NCBI GenBank assembly: GCA_965242615.1
Contig: CBDESR010000004.1
Coordinates: 722,124 to 786,123 of the forward strand
Direction: 5' to 3'
DNA length: 64,000 nt
Source of the DNA: Dehalococcoidia bacterium
GTDB taxonomy: Bacteria; Chloroflexota; Dehalococcoidia; Lucifugimonadales; UBA3495
Within the stretch, counting starts at the first letter, position 1; every line of letters begins with the position of its first letter. Positions 17,188 through 27,882 of the stretch are shown one piece after another. Made by a program: the position numbers and the translations under genes. Under the pieces are notes generated by a model, which saw nothing but the letters and a program-made list of their open reading frames with translations, ran no database searches and was not told where the DNA came from.

Positions 17188-18120
17188 GTGAAAATCGTTT
17201 CGGTCATCAACTACAAGGGCGGCGTTGGCAAAACCACCGTTGTTGCCAATATCGCCGCGGAACTGGCGTGGCGGGGTGAAAAGGTTTTGCTGATTGACCT
17301 GGACCCGCAGGCCAGTTTGACCTTTTCCTTTATCGATGTGGATGTTTGGCGGTACAACTACGCCAACCGCAAAACCATCCGCAACTGGTATGACGCCTAT
17401 GTGGACGAGGATCGCAACCTGGAGTTGAACGCTCTTATCGTATCCCCGGCAACGGTCAACGATGTGGTCAGCGAAAGCGAAAGCGGGGGCGCCGTTGAAC
17501 TCATCTGCTCCCACTTGTCCTTGATTAACATTGACCTGGAGCTGGCCGCCCGGTTGAGCGCCGGCACCCGGCGGCAATCGCGAAACAACTTTTTGCGGTT
17601 GCACGCCCGGTTGCTTGACGGCTTAAAACTCCCGGCGATTCAGGAAAAGTACGACTATGTCCTGATTGACTGCCCGCCGAACTTTAACATCGTGACGAAA
17701 ACGGCGATTGTGGCGTGTGACCGGGTGTTGGTGCCGGCCATACCGGATTACTTGTCAACCTTGGGGATTGAGGAATTGCGGCGGCATATCAATGAGCTGG
17801 TTAAAGAATTCAACGACGAAGCCGCGGTAGCCGGCACTCTGGACTACGCCTCGATTGCCCCGTCCATTATGGGCGTAATACCGACTATGGTACGGGTCTA
17901 TGGCGGCGCGCCAATCCGCGCCCAAGCCGACTTTATTGAGCGGATTCAGCGCACCGGCTTGGCGGTATTTGACCAGTTCATCCGACGCGTCGATACTCCG
18001 TACGGGCCGGCGCCGGAGTATGGAGTGCCGGTGGTGCTGAGAAGCATTGCGGGGGGCAACTACACCGTAGCCGAGGCGGAATTGACGAAGTTGACTAACG
18101 AATTCCTCAGCCGGGTTTAG
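17188..18120 (+). CDS. ParA/Soj-family ATPase
   Basis: KGGVGKTT deviant Walker A, IDLDPQASLT, LIDCPPNFN, PDYLSTLG. Confidence 0.92.
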   Translation: MKIVSVINYKGGVGKTTVVANIAAELAWRGEKVLLIDLDPQASLTFSFIDVDVWRYNYANRKTIRNWYDAYVDEDRNLELNALIVSPATVNDVVSESESGGAVELICSHLSLINIDLELAARLSAGTRRQSRNNFLRLHARLLDGLKLPAIQEKYDYVLIDCPPNFNIVTKTAIVACDRVLVPAIPDYLSTLGIEELRRHINELVKEFNDEAAVAGTLDYASIAPSIMGVIPTMVRVYGGAPIRAQADFIERIQRTGLAVFDQFIRRVDTPYGPAPEYGVPVVLRSIAGGNYTVAEAELTKLTNEFLSRV

Positions 18121-18131
18121 GAGGCATAGCT

Positions 18132-18575
18132 ATGGGCGAGTCGCGGCAGGCTATGGCTAATTTGTTCGCTGCTTTTGCGGATGCTTTGAACGCTATGGAT
18201 GACCGGGAGTTTGACCGGCTCATTCAGGGCAAGGGCAAGTTGCGGTTGGTGGAAAAGGAGCCGGGCAAGGACAGGAACGGCAAGAATGGCGGCAAGGGCG
18301 GGAAACTGCTGGAGGCGCCGCCGGTGCCGGATTTGACGGAATCGGTGCCGGAACTGGCGCAAAGGTTTGAGGCGGCCGCGTCCCGGGAGGAAGCGGCGGC
18401 GGTGTTGGCGACGGTCGACCGCCCCCGGCGCAAGGAAGTTCTGCTGCTCTTGGCCAAGGAGTTCAGCGTCAACGCTACGGCGCGGGACAACATCCGAGGG
18501 ATTGAGCGGCGGTTGATTGAGAATGTGGTGGGGGCGCGGCTGGCCGCGGAGGCGATACGGACGGTGGCTTTTTAG
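18132..18575 (+). CDS. Hypothetical helical protein downstream of ParA
   Basis: AGGAGG SD, 11 nt after the ParA stop. Confidence 0.65.
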   Translation: MGESRQAMANLFAAFADALNAMDDREFDRLIQGKGKLRLVEKEPGKDRNGKNGGKGGKLLEAPPVPDLTESVPELAQRFEAAASREEAAAVLATVDRPRRKEVLLLLAKEFSVNATARDNIRGIERRLIENVVGARLAAEAIRTVAF

Positions 18576-18613
18576 CCGGTGGCGGGGTAGTCGGTTACAG
18601 CATTTAGAGAATC

Positions 18614-18640
18614 AGGGGCAACCCTTGGGGTTGCCCCTAC
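18614..18640 (-). repeat. GTAG-type REP hairpin
   Basis: Minus strand GTAGGGGCAACCCCAAGGGTTGCCCCT. Confidence 0.65.
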
Positions 18641-18643
18641 ATT

Positions 18644-19039
18644 TTACCGGCGGCCCGGCTTGCCGGTCACCTTTTCCAGCTCGGCGTTGATGCGCTTCCA
18701 TTTCCAGCGCATGGGGTCGCCCAAGCCGGGGACGCCGCCGCAAGTCCATTTCCGGGGACGGATTTGGAGAACGGGCTTTTTCAGACCCCGGGCGATTTTG
18801 ACTTCCTTCGCGACACCATCGGCGTTGTGAGTGTCCGGGCCGACCAGGACAACTACCACGTCGCATTCCCTAATCGCGTTTTCGGCTTTGCTTTCCCACT
18901 CTTGGGCGGGATAAGCCTCGTCAAGGGACTTGTCGCGTACCCGGTGCGGGGTAAGGGTTTTGGCTTGCCCGTAGAAGTCGCCGCGGAGCTTCTTGTCCTT
19001 GTGGAACTCGAAGCTGGCAAAGATGTAGAGATTAGGCAT
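18644..19039 (-). CDS. TIR-like domain protein (DUF1863/MTH538, ThsB-like)
   Basis: IFASF...IRECDVVVVLVGPDTHNADGVAKEVKIARGLKKP with a catalytic-type Glu; AAGGAGG SD. Confidence 0.8.
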   Translation of the reverse strand: MPNLYIFASFEFHKDKKLRGDFYGQAKTLTPHRVRDKSLDEAYPAQEWESKAENAIRECDVVVVLVGPDTHNADGVAKEVKIARGLKKPVLQIRPRKWTCGGVPGLGDPMRWKWKRINAELEKVTGKPGRR

Positions 19040-19251
19040 CGGTTGCCCTCCTTTTGTTGCGGGATGGGGGCAACCGTAACACGGAGTTGCCGGCTTGGCT
19101 ATAGCCCGGAGATAGTCATTGCCAACCGTTGCCGCTCCGGGGTTTTTGGTGATGGCTCACCCTGCCCCAATTAGCACCACTTCCCGCGGTGCCGGGCTGG
19201 TAGCATCAGGGCCGCTTGCCGACATAGGGGAAAAGTCCCGGGCGGCAAAAC

Positions 19252-19280
19252 TTGACGCCGCCCCCGGCGTCAACTACACT
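19252..19280 (+). promoter_or_regulatory. Promoter upstream of apt with overlapping inverted repeat
   Basis: TTGACG-17 nt-TACACT; TTGACGCCG-N4-CGGCGTCAA. Confidence 0.5.
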
Positions 19281-19368
19281 AGGCGGCGGATTTTAAGGGG
19301 GCGACGGCGTTGTGGCCGCAATACCGCCGCCCCATCCCCATCCTTTGCTGCCGGGGACATTCTTGCCA

Positions 19369-19881
19369 ATGAACTTGAAAGATTACATTCGGGACATCCC
19401 GGACTTTCCCCAGCCGGGGATTCTGTTTCGGGACATTACCCCTTTGCTGCGGAACGCCGCGGCCTTTCGCTATTCCATTGACCAACTGGCGGAGCGGTGT
19501 CAGGATTATCAACTGGACGCCGTGGCCGCCATTGAAGCCCGGGGCTTTATCTTTGGCGCGCCGCTGGCCGCCCAACTGGATAAACCCCTGGCGTTGATTC
19601 GCAAACCGGGGAAACTGCCCGGCCGCATCCTGTCCGCCGACTACGCTTTGGAGTATGGCGTCAACACCCTGGAAATGCAGGGGGATGACCTCAACCCGGG
19701 CGACCGGGCGCTGCTGCTGGACGACCTGCTGGCGACCGGCGGCACCCTGGCCGCCGCCGCCGGGCTAATCGAACGGGCCGGCGGGCAAACCGCCGCTATC
19801 GGCGTGGTCATTGAACTGGAGTTTCTCGAGGGACGGAAAGCCCTGAGCGATTATGACCTGTTCTCGCTGATTCAGTATTAG
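19369..19881 (+). CDS. apt: Adenine phosphoribosyltransferase
   Basis: IRDIPDFPQPGILFRDITPLL, IEARGFIFG, RKPGKLP, LDDLLATGGT. Confidence 0.97.
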   Translation: MNLKDYIRDIPDFPQPGILFRDITPLLRNAAAFRYSIDQLAERCQDYQLDAVAAIEARGFIFGAPLAAQLDKPLALIRKPGKLPGRILSADYALEYGVNTLEMQGDDLNPGDRALLLDDLLATGGTLAAAAGLIERAGGQTAAIGVVIELEFLEGRKALSDYDLFSLIQY

Positions 19882-19994
19882 GGCGGCATTACGACCGCCC
19901 GGCCGGGACTATAATAAGCCGCAAAGTCTCCCGGTTAACCGAATTAACCGGCCGCCGACAGCGCGGCAAGCGACACAGAGGAGGGTACCCACTT

Positions 19995-20867
19995 ATGGCA
20001 GAGAAAGTTACCATCGGCGATTACGAAGTTACGGCGGTCATCGATATGGTGCCGCCGCCGCGGCCCCCGGCCGCCATGTTCCCGGAGGTGCCGGAAAGCG
20101 CTTGGGCCGAGTATCCGGAGGTCCTGGAAAACGGCCAGTTGCAGCTTTACTACGGCGTCTTTGTGGTGCGGTCGGAAAACCAGGTGGTGCTGGTGGACAC
20201 CGGAATGGGGCCGGGGCCGCATCCCAGCCGGGGCAACCTCACCGGCAACCTGTACGAGGAACTGCGCCCCATTATGCTCCCGCCCAATGTGGACATCCAC
20301 AACACCAATGTCTCCCCGTCGGACCAGGTCAACTATGTGGTGCATACCCATCTCCACGCCGACCATGTGGGCTGGAACCTGCGCTACTCCGGCGGGATGC
20401 CGGCGCCCAACTTCCGCCGGGCCCGCTACATCATCCCCAAGGATGATTTCGACTACTACAGCCAGCCGCACATCCTGGCGGAGAACCCCCATGTGCAGCA
20501 GCAGATTATGCCGCTGCGCCGCCTGCGCTTGCAGCAAATTGTCGAGGGGGAATACGCCGTAACCGAGGGCATTTCCACCCTGCCGGCGGCCGGCCATACC
20601 CCCGGCCATCAGGTGGTGCTGGTGAACTCCGGCGGGCAAAAGGCAATGCTGGTGGGCGACCTGCTGCACAACATCGCCCAAGTGTCCGAACCCGGCTGGT
20701 GCGCCGGGGTGGACTATGACAAGGCGCAAAGCCACGCCAACCGGGCGGCCTTGCTGGACAAAGCGGAAAAAGAGGATTGGATTGTCGCCGCCGGCCACTT
20801 CCCGCCGGGCCAACAAATCGGCAAGGTAGTTACCGAAGGCGGCAAACGGCGGTGGGTGTCGCTGTAA
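19995..20867 (+). CDS. MBL-fold hydrolase (AHL lactonase/YtnP-like)
   Basis: THLHADHVG, GHTPGH, GDLLH. Confidence 0.9.
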   Translation: MAEKVTIGDYEVTAVIDMVPPPRPPAAMFPEVPESAWAEYPEVLENGQLQLYYGVFVVRSENQVVLVDTGMGPGPHPSRGNLTGNLYEELRPIMLPPNVDIHNTNVSPSDQVNYVVHTHLHADHVGWNLRYSGGMPAPNFRRARYIIPKDDFDYYSQPHILAENPHVQQQIMPLRRLRLQQIVEGEYAVTEGISTLPAAGHTPGHQVVLVNSGGQKAMLVGDLLHNIAQVSEPGWCAGVDYDKAQSHANRAALLDKAEKEDWIVAAGHFPPGQQIGKVVTEGGKRRWVSL

Positions 20868-20915
20868 GGGGTGGTTGGCAGCAGCCGGGCGGCCGGCGAT
20901 GCAACGGTAAAAAGC

Positions 20916-20948
20916 CGGGGCGGGTCTGATAACCCGCCCCGATTTTTT
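20916..20948 (+). terminator. Rho-independent terminator
   Basis: CGGGGCGGG-loop-CCCGCCCCG followed by a T run. Confidence 0.75.
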
Positions 20949-20961
20949 GTAGGATTGGGGG

Positions 20962-22881
20962 TTAAGATTTGCGGCGGCGTCCCGCCCAGCCGATTAGCCC
21001 CAATAAAGCCAATCCCAGCAGAGCCATATCTCCGCTGATTCCGGTATTGCCGGGACTGCCGGCCGGGGCGGCGTTGCAGCTCCCGCCGCCGCTGCCGACC
21101 GGCGTTGTTACCACTACATCCGGCGCGGCCGTCGGAGTTACCGCCGCGGTCGCTGCCGCCGACGGGGATGGGGGCGCAGTCGCTGCTGCCACCGGCGGCG
21201 TAGCAGTGGGCGGCGATTCCGGGTTGTCAGTCGGTTCCGGCATGGCTGGAGCCGGCGGCGGTGTCGGTACCGGGGATGGGGTGGGCGGTGGTAGGGTGGG
21301 CCGGGGGCCGGCCGTTACCTCCAGAGTTCTCTGCTCCTTTTGGGTGTTTAACGGGTCGTTCTCGAAATTCCATATAATATCGGCAACCACGGTGGCCGGG
21401 CCCACTTGGTTGGGCGCCATAACAAAGGAGATATGCCGCACTTTTCCCGGTTCCACCGTGTAGTCGGCGCTGCACTGGCTGTTGTTGCAGGTCTCGACGG
21501 CCTCCAATTGTTTTATATGCCATCCCTTCGGCGCCGGCAGAATCAAAGTCAATTGCATCGCCGGCCGCCCCAAGGGGTTTTGCGCGGTAAGGGTGAGGGA
21601 TACATCATCCCCTACTCGTACATCTTGCGTCTGCGTGGCGTGCAGGTTGATAACCGGGTCTTGCCCCGGCTGCACCGTGGCCGTTGCGGATAGGGGAATC
21701 TTGAGGGGATTTTCCCGGGTTTCCCCCGAGTACCAGACCGCTTCCCCGGTAATCGTCAATTCCCCCGGTTCGCTGACCCGGGCTTGCAAACGAAAAGAGC
21801 GTAGATCGCCGGACTCCGTTTCTCCCCGATAGGTACACAGATTGCTGCTACAATTTTTGGTTTCATCAGCGAGGGTTACGCCGGTGGGGGCCTTCAAGGT
21901 TACGGTAAAGGTTCGGAATCGCATAGTGTGATTGATCAGGGTTAAGTTTAATTCCACCGGTTCGCCAAAGGGAATTTCCCGGCGCGTAGCGGTCAGGTTC
22001 ACTACCGGCAGAATTTCGGGGGTTGCCGTAGGTACCGGCGTCCAGGTCGGTACCGGCGTGAAAGTCGGCCGGGGCGTGTAGGTCGGCACCGGGGTGTAAG
22101 TGGGTGTCGGAAACGGTACCCGGGTCGGTACCGGCGTGGGGATGTTACCGTTCTGGCAGTAGGGGACGCCGGCATCGGAGTTTTTAGGCTCGATATCGAT
22201 GCAGCCGTATAATTCGTTACCGCCGCGGCTGTTTTGCAGATAGATGGCTTCGATGGTGAACAGTTTCCGGAAGGTTGGGGGGACGACCCCGGTCAGATGA
22301 TTGCGGGTTACATTCAGTTCCACCAGCTGGATTAAGTTGCCCAGTTGGATGGGCAGTTCGCCGTGCAGCCGATTGTTGTTCAGACGGAGGCGTTCCAGGT
22401 TGGGGATGTGGCCCATCTGGCCGGGGATTTCGCCGTTAAGTTTGTTGCCGGAGAAGTCCAGGGTGGTCAGTTTGCCCAGATTTTCAATCTCCGGAGGGAT
22501 GGGGCCGCTGAGGTCGTTGTCCGACAAGTCCAGGATTCTTAGCCCGGTCAGCTGGGTCAACGCCGCGGGGATGCGGCCGGTGAGGCCGCAGTCGCGGAGG
22601 CGGATGGCGACGGCTTGGCCGCCGCTCAGGGTTAATACGCTGGAGGGGTAGTCGGCGGCGGATTCGCCGGGGCGCAGCTCGGCCCGTTCGTTCTGCCACT
22701 CCCGGCGACATTCGGGACGCCAATGGGTACGCCCGCCAGTGTCGCGGTAGAAAGCCAGCAGGTTGGCGTATTCGCTGAGGCCGGGGCTGGCTTGAACCGG
22801 CCGCGGCTGATCCGGCAGGAAAAAAGCTCCAGCCAGCAACAGCGCAAAGAGGATTGGAATAGTCAAGAAAGACGGTTTCAT
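20962..22881 (-). CDS. Secreted leucine-rich-repeat protein (plant-type LRR) with PT linkers, two Ig-like domains and C-terminal anchor
   Basis: LxxLxLxxNxLxGxIP repeats; PTPVPT repeats; GGGSCN...TM...RRRKS tail. Confidence 0.85.
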   Translation of the reverse strand: MKPSFLTIPILFALLLAGAFFLPDQPRPVQASPGLSEYANLLAFYRDTGGRTHWRPECRREWQNERAELRPGESAADYPSSVLTLSGGQAVAIRLRDCGLTGRIPAALTQLTGLRILDLSDNDLSGPIPPEIENLGKLTTLDFSGNKLNGEIPGQMGHIPNLERLRLNNNRLHGELPIQLGNLIQLVELNVTRNHLTGVVPPTFRKLFTIEAIYLQNSRGGNELYGCIDIEPKNSDAGVPYCQNGNIPTPVPTRVPFPTPTYTPVPTYTPRPTFTPVPTWTPVPTATPEILPVVNLTATRREIPFGEPVELNLTLINHTMRFRTFTVTLKAPTGVTLADETKNCSSNLCTYRGETESGDLRSFRLQARVSEPGELTITGEAVWYSGETRENPLKIPLSATATVQPGQDPVINLHATQTQDVRVGDDVSLTLTAQNPLGRPAMQLTLILPAPKGWHIKQLEAVETCNNSQCSADYTVEPGKVRHISFVMAPNQVGPATVVADIIWNFENDPLNTQKEQRTLEVTAGPRPTLPPPTPSPVPTPPPAPAMPEPTDNPESPPTATPPVAAATAPPSPSAAATAAVTPTAAPDVVVTTPVGSGGGSCNAAPAGSPGNTGISGDMALLGLALLGLIGWAGRRRKS

Positions 22882-22950
22882 CGGGCATCCGACCGGGGGT
22901 TTCCGGCCGGCCGCAGTATTGGGCCGGCCGGTTCAGACAGCAAGAAAGGG

Positions 22951-24243
22951 CTAGGGACGGCGGCGGCCGCGGGCCGCGACCAATCCCGCCAAGCCCAGCA
23001 GGGGCAGCAGCAGCAGCGCGCCATCGGCAAGGCCGGCGGTCGGGTCAATTTCCTGGCCGGGCGCGGCTGGGGCGTTGCAGGAGACGCCTACTCCCGGAGT
23101 GTTGGCCGGCGCGGCGGGTGCTTGCGGAGCCGGTGCCGGAGGTGCCGGCGCTTGCGGAGCTGGCGGCGCGATAGTAGGCACAGCAACCAGCGGCACGGCG
23201 GCCGGCGGTGGGGCTTGGGTCGGCGCCGGCGCGGCCGGTGGAGCGTAAGGATCCGCCGAGGGATGGATTACCTCGAAAGGATGGGTCAAGGAAATGGGGT
23301 TGAACAGGTCTTTGTTGCCCTTGGGCCAATAAAGGCCGCTGAACTGGAGGGTGGAACGCCCCACTTTCTCCGCTTTCAGGTTTAGAAAAACGGTGCGGCT
23401 TTGTCCCGGCGGCACCTCGTAAGTACCGCTGGCGGCCCCAGCGGCCACATCGGTAGCCATCCCTTCGCCGTAGATATGGAACCCGCTGGGGATAAAGACC
23501 GTCAAGTCCACCACCATAGTGGCATCATTCAACTGCGGATTGCGGAACAGCACTTCGACCAAGCCGTCCTGCTCGGCGTTAATCAGGTCATTGACCGGGC
23601 GCAGGCGCACCGTGGGGCCGATGCGGAAGGCTTCGTTGACATTGGGGAAGGTCGGCGGTACCGCGGTCGGCGGCGGCACCGGCGTCGGCGTGGGAGTGGG
23701 CAAAGCCGTCGGCACCGCTGTGGGCTCCGGTGCCGGCGTGGCCGTCGGCTCAGTGGTAGCCGCCGGAGTTGCCGCCGGTTCCGGCGTGGCCGTCGGTTCG
23801 GCAGTAGCTTCCGGGGTTGCCGCCGGATCGGGCGTAGCGGTCGGCTCCGGGGTCGGCGCGGCGTCCGTGGTGAGGGACAGGGCCAGAGTTGCCAATCCGC
23901 CTACCTCAATGGTCCCGGTCGGCGTCACCGCCTGCCCGTTGACGGTAAAAGTTACCGTGGCGCCCGCGGACTGGTCCGCTACCGTAAGGGAATAATTCCC
24001 CTCGTCATTGACCTCAGCCGTGGCTACGGAAACGCCGTCAATCAGGGCGGCGATTTCCGTCCCTTGGGGAGCCGGCTGCCCGTTGATGGTCACCGCGCCG
24101 ATAAAGACCTGCGGCGGTGACGCCTGATTAGGCGCAACGGCGTAGGTCAGCGCGGGAAGGAGAGCCAAGGCGGCCACCGCTAAGGCCGCCAAAATTGCTG
24201 CGTAGAAACGAGGGCCAAGGGTTACCGCCGGCTTTATAGTCAT
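22951..24243 (-). CDS. Secreted Pro/Thr/Ala-rich surface protein with C-terminal anchor
   Basis: Signal peptide; PPQVFIGAVTING domain; TPEPTA repeats; GVSCN...TM...RGRRRP tail. Confidence 0.75.
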   Translation of the reverse strand: MTIKPAVTLGPRFYAAILAALAVAALALLPALTYAVAPNQASPPQVFIGAVTINGQPAPQGTEIAALIDGVSVATAEVNDEGNYSLTVADQSAGATVTFTVNGQAVTPTGTIEVGGLATLALSLTTDAAPTPEPTATPDPAATPEATAEPTATPEPAATPAATTEPTATPAPEPTAVPTALPTPTPTPVPPPTAVPPTFPNVNEAFRIGPTVRLRPVNDLINAEQDGLVEVLFRNPQLNDATMVVDLTVFIPSGFHIYGEGMATDVAAGAASGTYEVPPGQSRTVFLNLKAEKVGRSTLQFSGLYWPKGNKDLFNPISLTHPFEVIHPSADPYAPPAAPAPTQAPPPAAVPLVAVPTIAPPAPQAPAPPAPAPQAPAAPANTPGVGVSCNAPAAPGQEIDPTAGLADGALLLLPLLGLAGLVAARGRRRP

Positions 24244-24506
24244 ATTACCTGCCTGTTTTAATTTTCCGATTTGCCGTCATCGGCAGCTGCCGCCGGACAC
24301 TTAATCCCTGCGGGCAAAGGATTATTATGGAATCCGGCAAGGCGCGCCGGCAATTATCCTATGGCATAGGGCGGATGTCAACCGGGGATTGGGAAATGGT
24401 TGCAAGAGAATGAAGTCCATAGCAGTTATACCCCCAACGCACTTGCCAGACGAGTTGCGCCCTAATATCATTGGTTCAGTAGTTCAGTCCAGCAATGAGG
24501 GAAGGA

Positions 24507-25235
24507 ATGACGCAAGGCAATGCCAGTCAGGAAGTTCAGTCCGGGCCGGGCGGCGCGGCGGCGGTTGCCTTGGCCGCCGCCGGGTTGGAAAAGGGGTTCG
24601 GCGCCGGGCCGGTGCTGTGGGATTTGGATTTAACCGTGGAATGGGGGGAGTTTCTGGTGATATTCGGGGCCAACGGCTCCGGCAAATCTACTCTGCTGCG
24701 GATTTTGTCGGGACAAACCCGGCCGGATGGCGGCAGTGTCCGCATTGCCGGCTTTGACCTGCGGCGGCAGGGGGCGGCGGCGCGGCGGCGGGTGGGCGTA
24801 GTGGCCCACCGGGGCTTGCTTTATGATGACTTGACCGGGCGGGAAAACCTGACTTTTTACGGACGCCTTTACGCCCTTTCCGATTTGCCAAATCAGGTTT
24901 CCGAAGTATTGGAGCGGGTGGGAATGTCCCAACGGGCGGACCGCCGCGTCCGCAGTCTGTCTCATGGGATGCAGCAACGGTTGTCCATCGCCCGGGCCTT
25001 GCTGCACCGCCCGCCCCTGCTGCTGCTGGATGAACCGGAGTCGGGATTGGACCGGGATTCGGTGGCCGCCCTGGCCGGCATCTTGGGGGAATGGACGGCG
25101 GCCGGCCGCTCAGTAGTAATGACTACCCACAACGCTGACTTGGGCTTGGCTTGGGGCAGCCGCGCCGCCGCCCTGACTAACGGGAAGCTGGACTTCGCCC
25201 GGGCGGCGGATTATGCGGGGGCAAGCGGCGTTTAA
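24507..25235 (+). CDS. ABC transporter ATP-binding protein (CcmA-like)
   Basis: GANGSGKST, LSHGMQQR, LLLDEP, TTH; no permease adjacent. Confidence 0.85.
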   Translation: MTQGNASQEVQSGPGGAAAVALAAAGLEKGFGAGPVLWDLDLTVEWGEFLVIFGANGSGKSTLLRILSGQTRPDGGSVRIAGFDLRRQGAAARRRVGVVAHRGLLYDDLTGRENLTFYGRLYALSDLPNQVSEVLERVGMSQRADRRVRSLSHGMQQRLSIARALLHRPPLLLLDEPESGLDRDSVAALAGILGEWTAAGRSVVMTTHNADLGLAWGSRAAALTNGKLDFARAADYAGASGV

Positions 25236-25239
25236 CTGG

Positions 25240-27870
25240 CTACTCCTCTCCATCAGCTGCCGCGGCCGGGTCGGCGGCGCCGTTGAGCAGGGTTTCCTGA
25301 TGGTCGTTGCGGGCGGCGGCGGGCGCGCTGCCATTGGCGGCGGCGGTGCTGCCGTTGACGGCCGGGGCGTCGGGGCTGCCGCCGCTGCTGTAGTCGGTTT
25401 CCTGGAAGCAGGCTACCGAGGCTACATAGTCCTCCGGTTCCCGGTCGCGCCAGATGATGACGCCCTTGGTGCGGCGGCCATCGGTTACTTTCACATCCTG
25501 CAAGTTGATGCGAATGACCTGGGCTTTGGCAGAGATGATAAAGACTTCCTGCCCTTCGTCGTCGGTAACGACCCGGGCGGCGGCAATCGCGCCGGTCTGT
25601 TCGTCCACCCGGAAAGTGATGACCCCCTGCGTACCCCGGCCCTTGATCGGATACTTGTCCAGGGGAGTGGATTTGCCGTAACCCCGCTGGCTGACGACCA
25701 GCAGATTGCTGTTGGGCGTAACCGGGGCCATTCCGACCAATTTGTCATCCCCGGTTAGTCGGATTCCCCGAACGCCGCCGGCCGACCGGGAGCGCGGCGT
25801 CAAGTTCTTTTTGTCGTCGGAATGATTCCGCACTTGGAAACGGGCGGCTTTGCCCTGCTCGGAGACCATTACAATCTCGTCGGAATCGCCCAATTTGGCG
25901 ACGCTGACCAGTTCATCCCCTTCCTCGAGGTTCATCACAATCAGCCCGGAGGGGCGGATGTTGGTCAGTTCGCCCTCTTTCAGGGCTTTGACCTCGCCCA
26001 TTTTGGTGGCGAGAATCATCATTGCGCTGTCCCGGGCGTTTTTGACCGGGAGCATGGCCTGCACCTGTTCGTTGCGGGCGATGGGGATGAGGTTGACGAG
26101 GAGGGTGCCGCGGCTGGTGCGGGAAGTGTCGCCGGGGATTTGGAAGGCGCGCAGGGGATAGACCCGGCCGCGGTTGGTGAAAAAGAGCAGGGTGTCGTGG
26201 GTGTCCACTACCACCAGGTCCATCAGGGCGTCATCCTCGCGGGTGGTCATTCCCCGAACGCCCTTGCCGCCGCGGTTCTGGGTGCGGTAGGTGTCGCAGG
26301 GGATACGCTTGATGTAACCCTTCTGGCTGAGGGTAATCATCACATCCTGATGGGGGATGAACTGCTCCGCGGACTGTTCGCCCACTTCCTCGCGCTCAAT
26401 GCGGGTGCGGCGGGCGTCGCCGAAATCCTTTTTCAGTTTGCGGGTTTCCTTTTTGATTTCGTTGAGGATTTTGGCCGGGCTGGACAGCAATTCCTCGAGG
26501 TTGGCGATGGTTTTGAGCAGGTCGTTGTGTTCCTTTTCCAGCCGTTCCCGTTCCAAAGCAGCCAAGCGGCGGAGCTGCATATCGAGGATGGCTTGGGCCT
26601 GGATTTGGGACAAGTCCAGTTCATCCATCAAGTTGGTGCGGGCGGTTTCAGCGGTGTCGGAACTGCGGATGATGGTGATGACTTGGTCGAGGACATCGAG
26701 GGCCAACAACAACCCTTGCAGGATGTGGTCGCGGTCCCGGGCCCGGCGCAGCAGTTCCTCGGAACGGCGGCGGATGACTTCTTGGCGGTGTTCCACAAAG
26801 AGGGTCAAGGCTCGTTTCAGCGGCAAGACCTGGGGCTGCCCTTCGACCAGAGCCAGCATAATGGCGTTAAAGGAAGTGCGGAGGGCGGTATGGCGGTAGA
26901 GGTTGTTGAGGACGATGTTGGCTTGGGCGTCCCGGCGCAGTTCAATGACAACCCGCATACCCTGGCGGTCCGATTCGTCCCGGATGTCGGAGATGCCGTC
27001 GATGCGCTTTTCCCGCACCAGTTGGGCGATTTTCTCGACCAGATTGGCTTTGTTGACTTGGTAGGGGAGTTCGGTAACGAGGATGCGCTGGCGGCCGTTG
27101 CGGATTTCCTCGATTTCGGTAACGGCTTCCATAATGATGCGGCCGCGGCCGGTGGTGTAGGCGTCGATGATGCCCTGGACGCCGCGGATGACGCCGGCGG
27201 TGGGAAAGTCCGGGCCGGTGACCACTTTCATTAAATCCTCGGTAACGCAGTCCGGGTGGTCGATGACATGGCAGACGGCATCGCAGATTTCCGACAGGTT
27301 ATGCGGCGGCAGGTTGGTGGCCATCCCCACGGCGATGCCGGTAGCGCCGTTGACCAGCAGATTGGGCAGGCGGCTGGGCAGCACCTGGGGTTCGTGGAGG
27401 GAGTCGTCGAAGTTCAGGGTGTAGTCGACGGTGTTCAGGTCGATGTCGGCCAGCAGTTCCTCGGCGATGGCGGCGAGGCGGGCTTCAGTGTAGCGCATCG
27501 CCGCCGGGGGGTCGCCGTCGACGCTGCCGAAGTTGCCCTGGCCGTCGATGAGGGGATAGCGCATCGAGAACAGCTGGGCCATCCGCACCAGGGCGTCATA
27601 GACCGGGGTATCGCTGTGGGGATGGTACTTTCCGAGGACTTCGCCGACGATGCGGGCGCTTTTGCGGTGGGCCTGGTTGGGGCGCATCCCCATTTCGTGC
27701 ATGGCGTAGAGGATGCGGCGCTGCACCGGTTTCAGCCCGTCGCGCACATCGGGCAAGGCCCGGGAGACGATGACGCTCATGGCGTAGCTGAGGTAGGAAG
27801 TCCGCATTTCCTCTTCGATGCGGATGGGGCGGATACGGCCCGCCGGGGGCGGTGGGGTAGCGGTTACCAT
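25240..27870 (-). CDS. gyrA: DNA gyrase subunit A
   Basis: [32 protein letters not shown] catalytic Tyr, GyrA-box QNRGGKG. Confidence 0.98.
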   Translation of the reverse strand: MVTATPPPPAGRIRPIRIEEEMRTSYLSYAMSVIVSRALPDVRDGLKPVQRRILYAMHEMGMRPNQAHRKSARIVGEVLGKYHPHSDTPVYDALVRMAQLFSMRYPLIDGQGNFGSVDGDPPAAMRYTEARLAAIAEELLADIDLNTVDYTLNFDDSLHEPQVLPSRLPNLLVNGATGIAVGMATNLPPHNLSEICDAVCHVIDHPDCVTEDLMKVVTGPDFPTAGVIRGVQGIIDAYTTGRGRIIMEAVTEIEEIRNGRQRILVTELPYQVNKANLVEKIAQLVREKRIDGISDIRDESDRQGMRVVIELRRDAQANIVLNNLYRHTALRTSFNAIMLALVEGQPQVLPLKRALTLFVEHRQEVIRRRSEELLRRARDRDHILQGLLLALDVLDQVITIIRSSDTAETARTNLMDELDLSQIQAQAILDMQLRRLAALERERLEKEHNDLLKTIANLEELLSSPAKILNEIKKETRKLKKDFGDARRTRIEREEVGEQSAEQFIPHQDVMITLSQKGYIKRIPCDTYRTQNRGGKGVRGMTTREDDALMDLVVVDTHDTLLFFTNRGRVYPLRAFQIPGDTSRTSRGTLLVNLIPIARNEQVQAMLPVKNARDSAMMILATKMGEVKALKEGELTNIRPSGLIVMNLEEGDELVSVAKLGDSDEIVMVSEQGKAARFQVRNHSDDKKNLTPRSRSAGGVRGIRLTGDDKLVGMAPVTPNSNLLVVSQRGYGKSTPLDKYPIKGRGTQGVITFRVDEQTGAIAAARVVTDDEGQEVFIISAKAQVIRINLQDVKVTDGRRTKGVIIWRDREPEDYVASVACFQETDYSSGGSPDAPAVNGSTAAANGSAPAAARNDHQETLLNGAADPAAAADGEE

Positions 27871-27882
27871 AGTTACTGCTCC

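Noticed and set aside
17188-18120. Chromosome or plasmid partition locus
   Set aside because: No ParB, parS or replication gene adjacent; treated as an accessory ParA-like ATPase.
22020-23860. Short tandem repeats as a CRISPR array or ncRNA
   Set aside because: They are in-frame Pro/Thr/Ala linker codons; there are no constant repeats with unique spacers and no cas genes.
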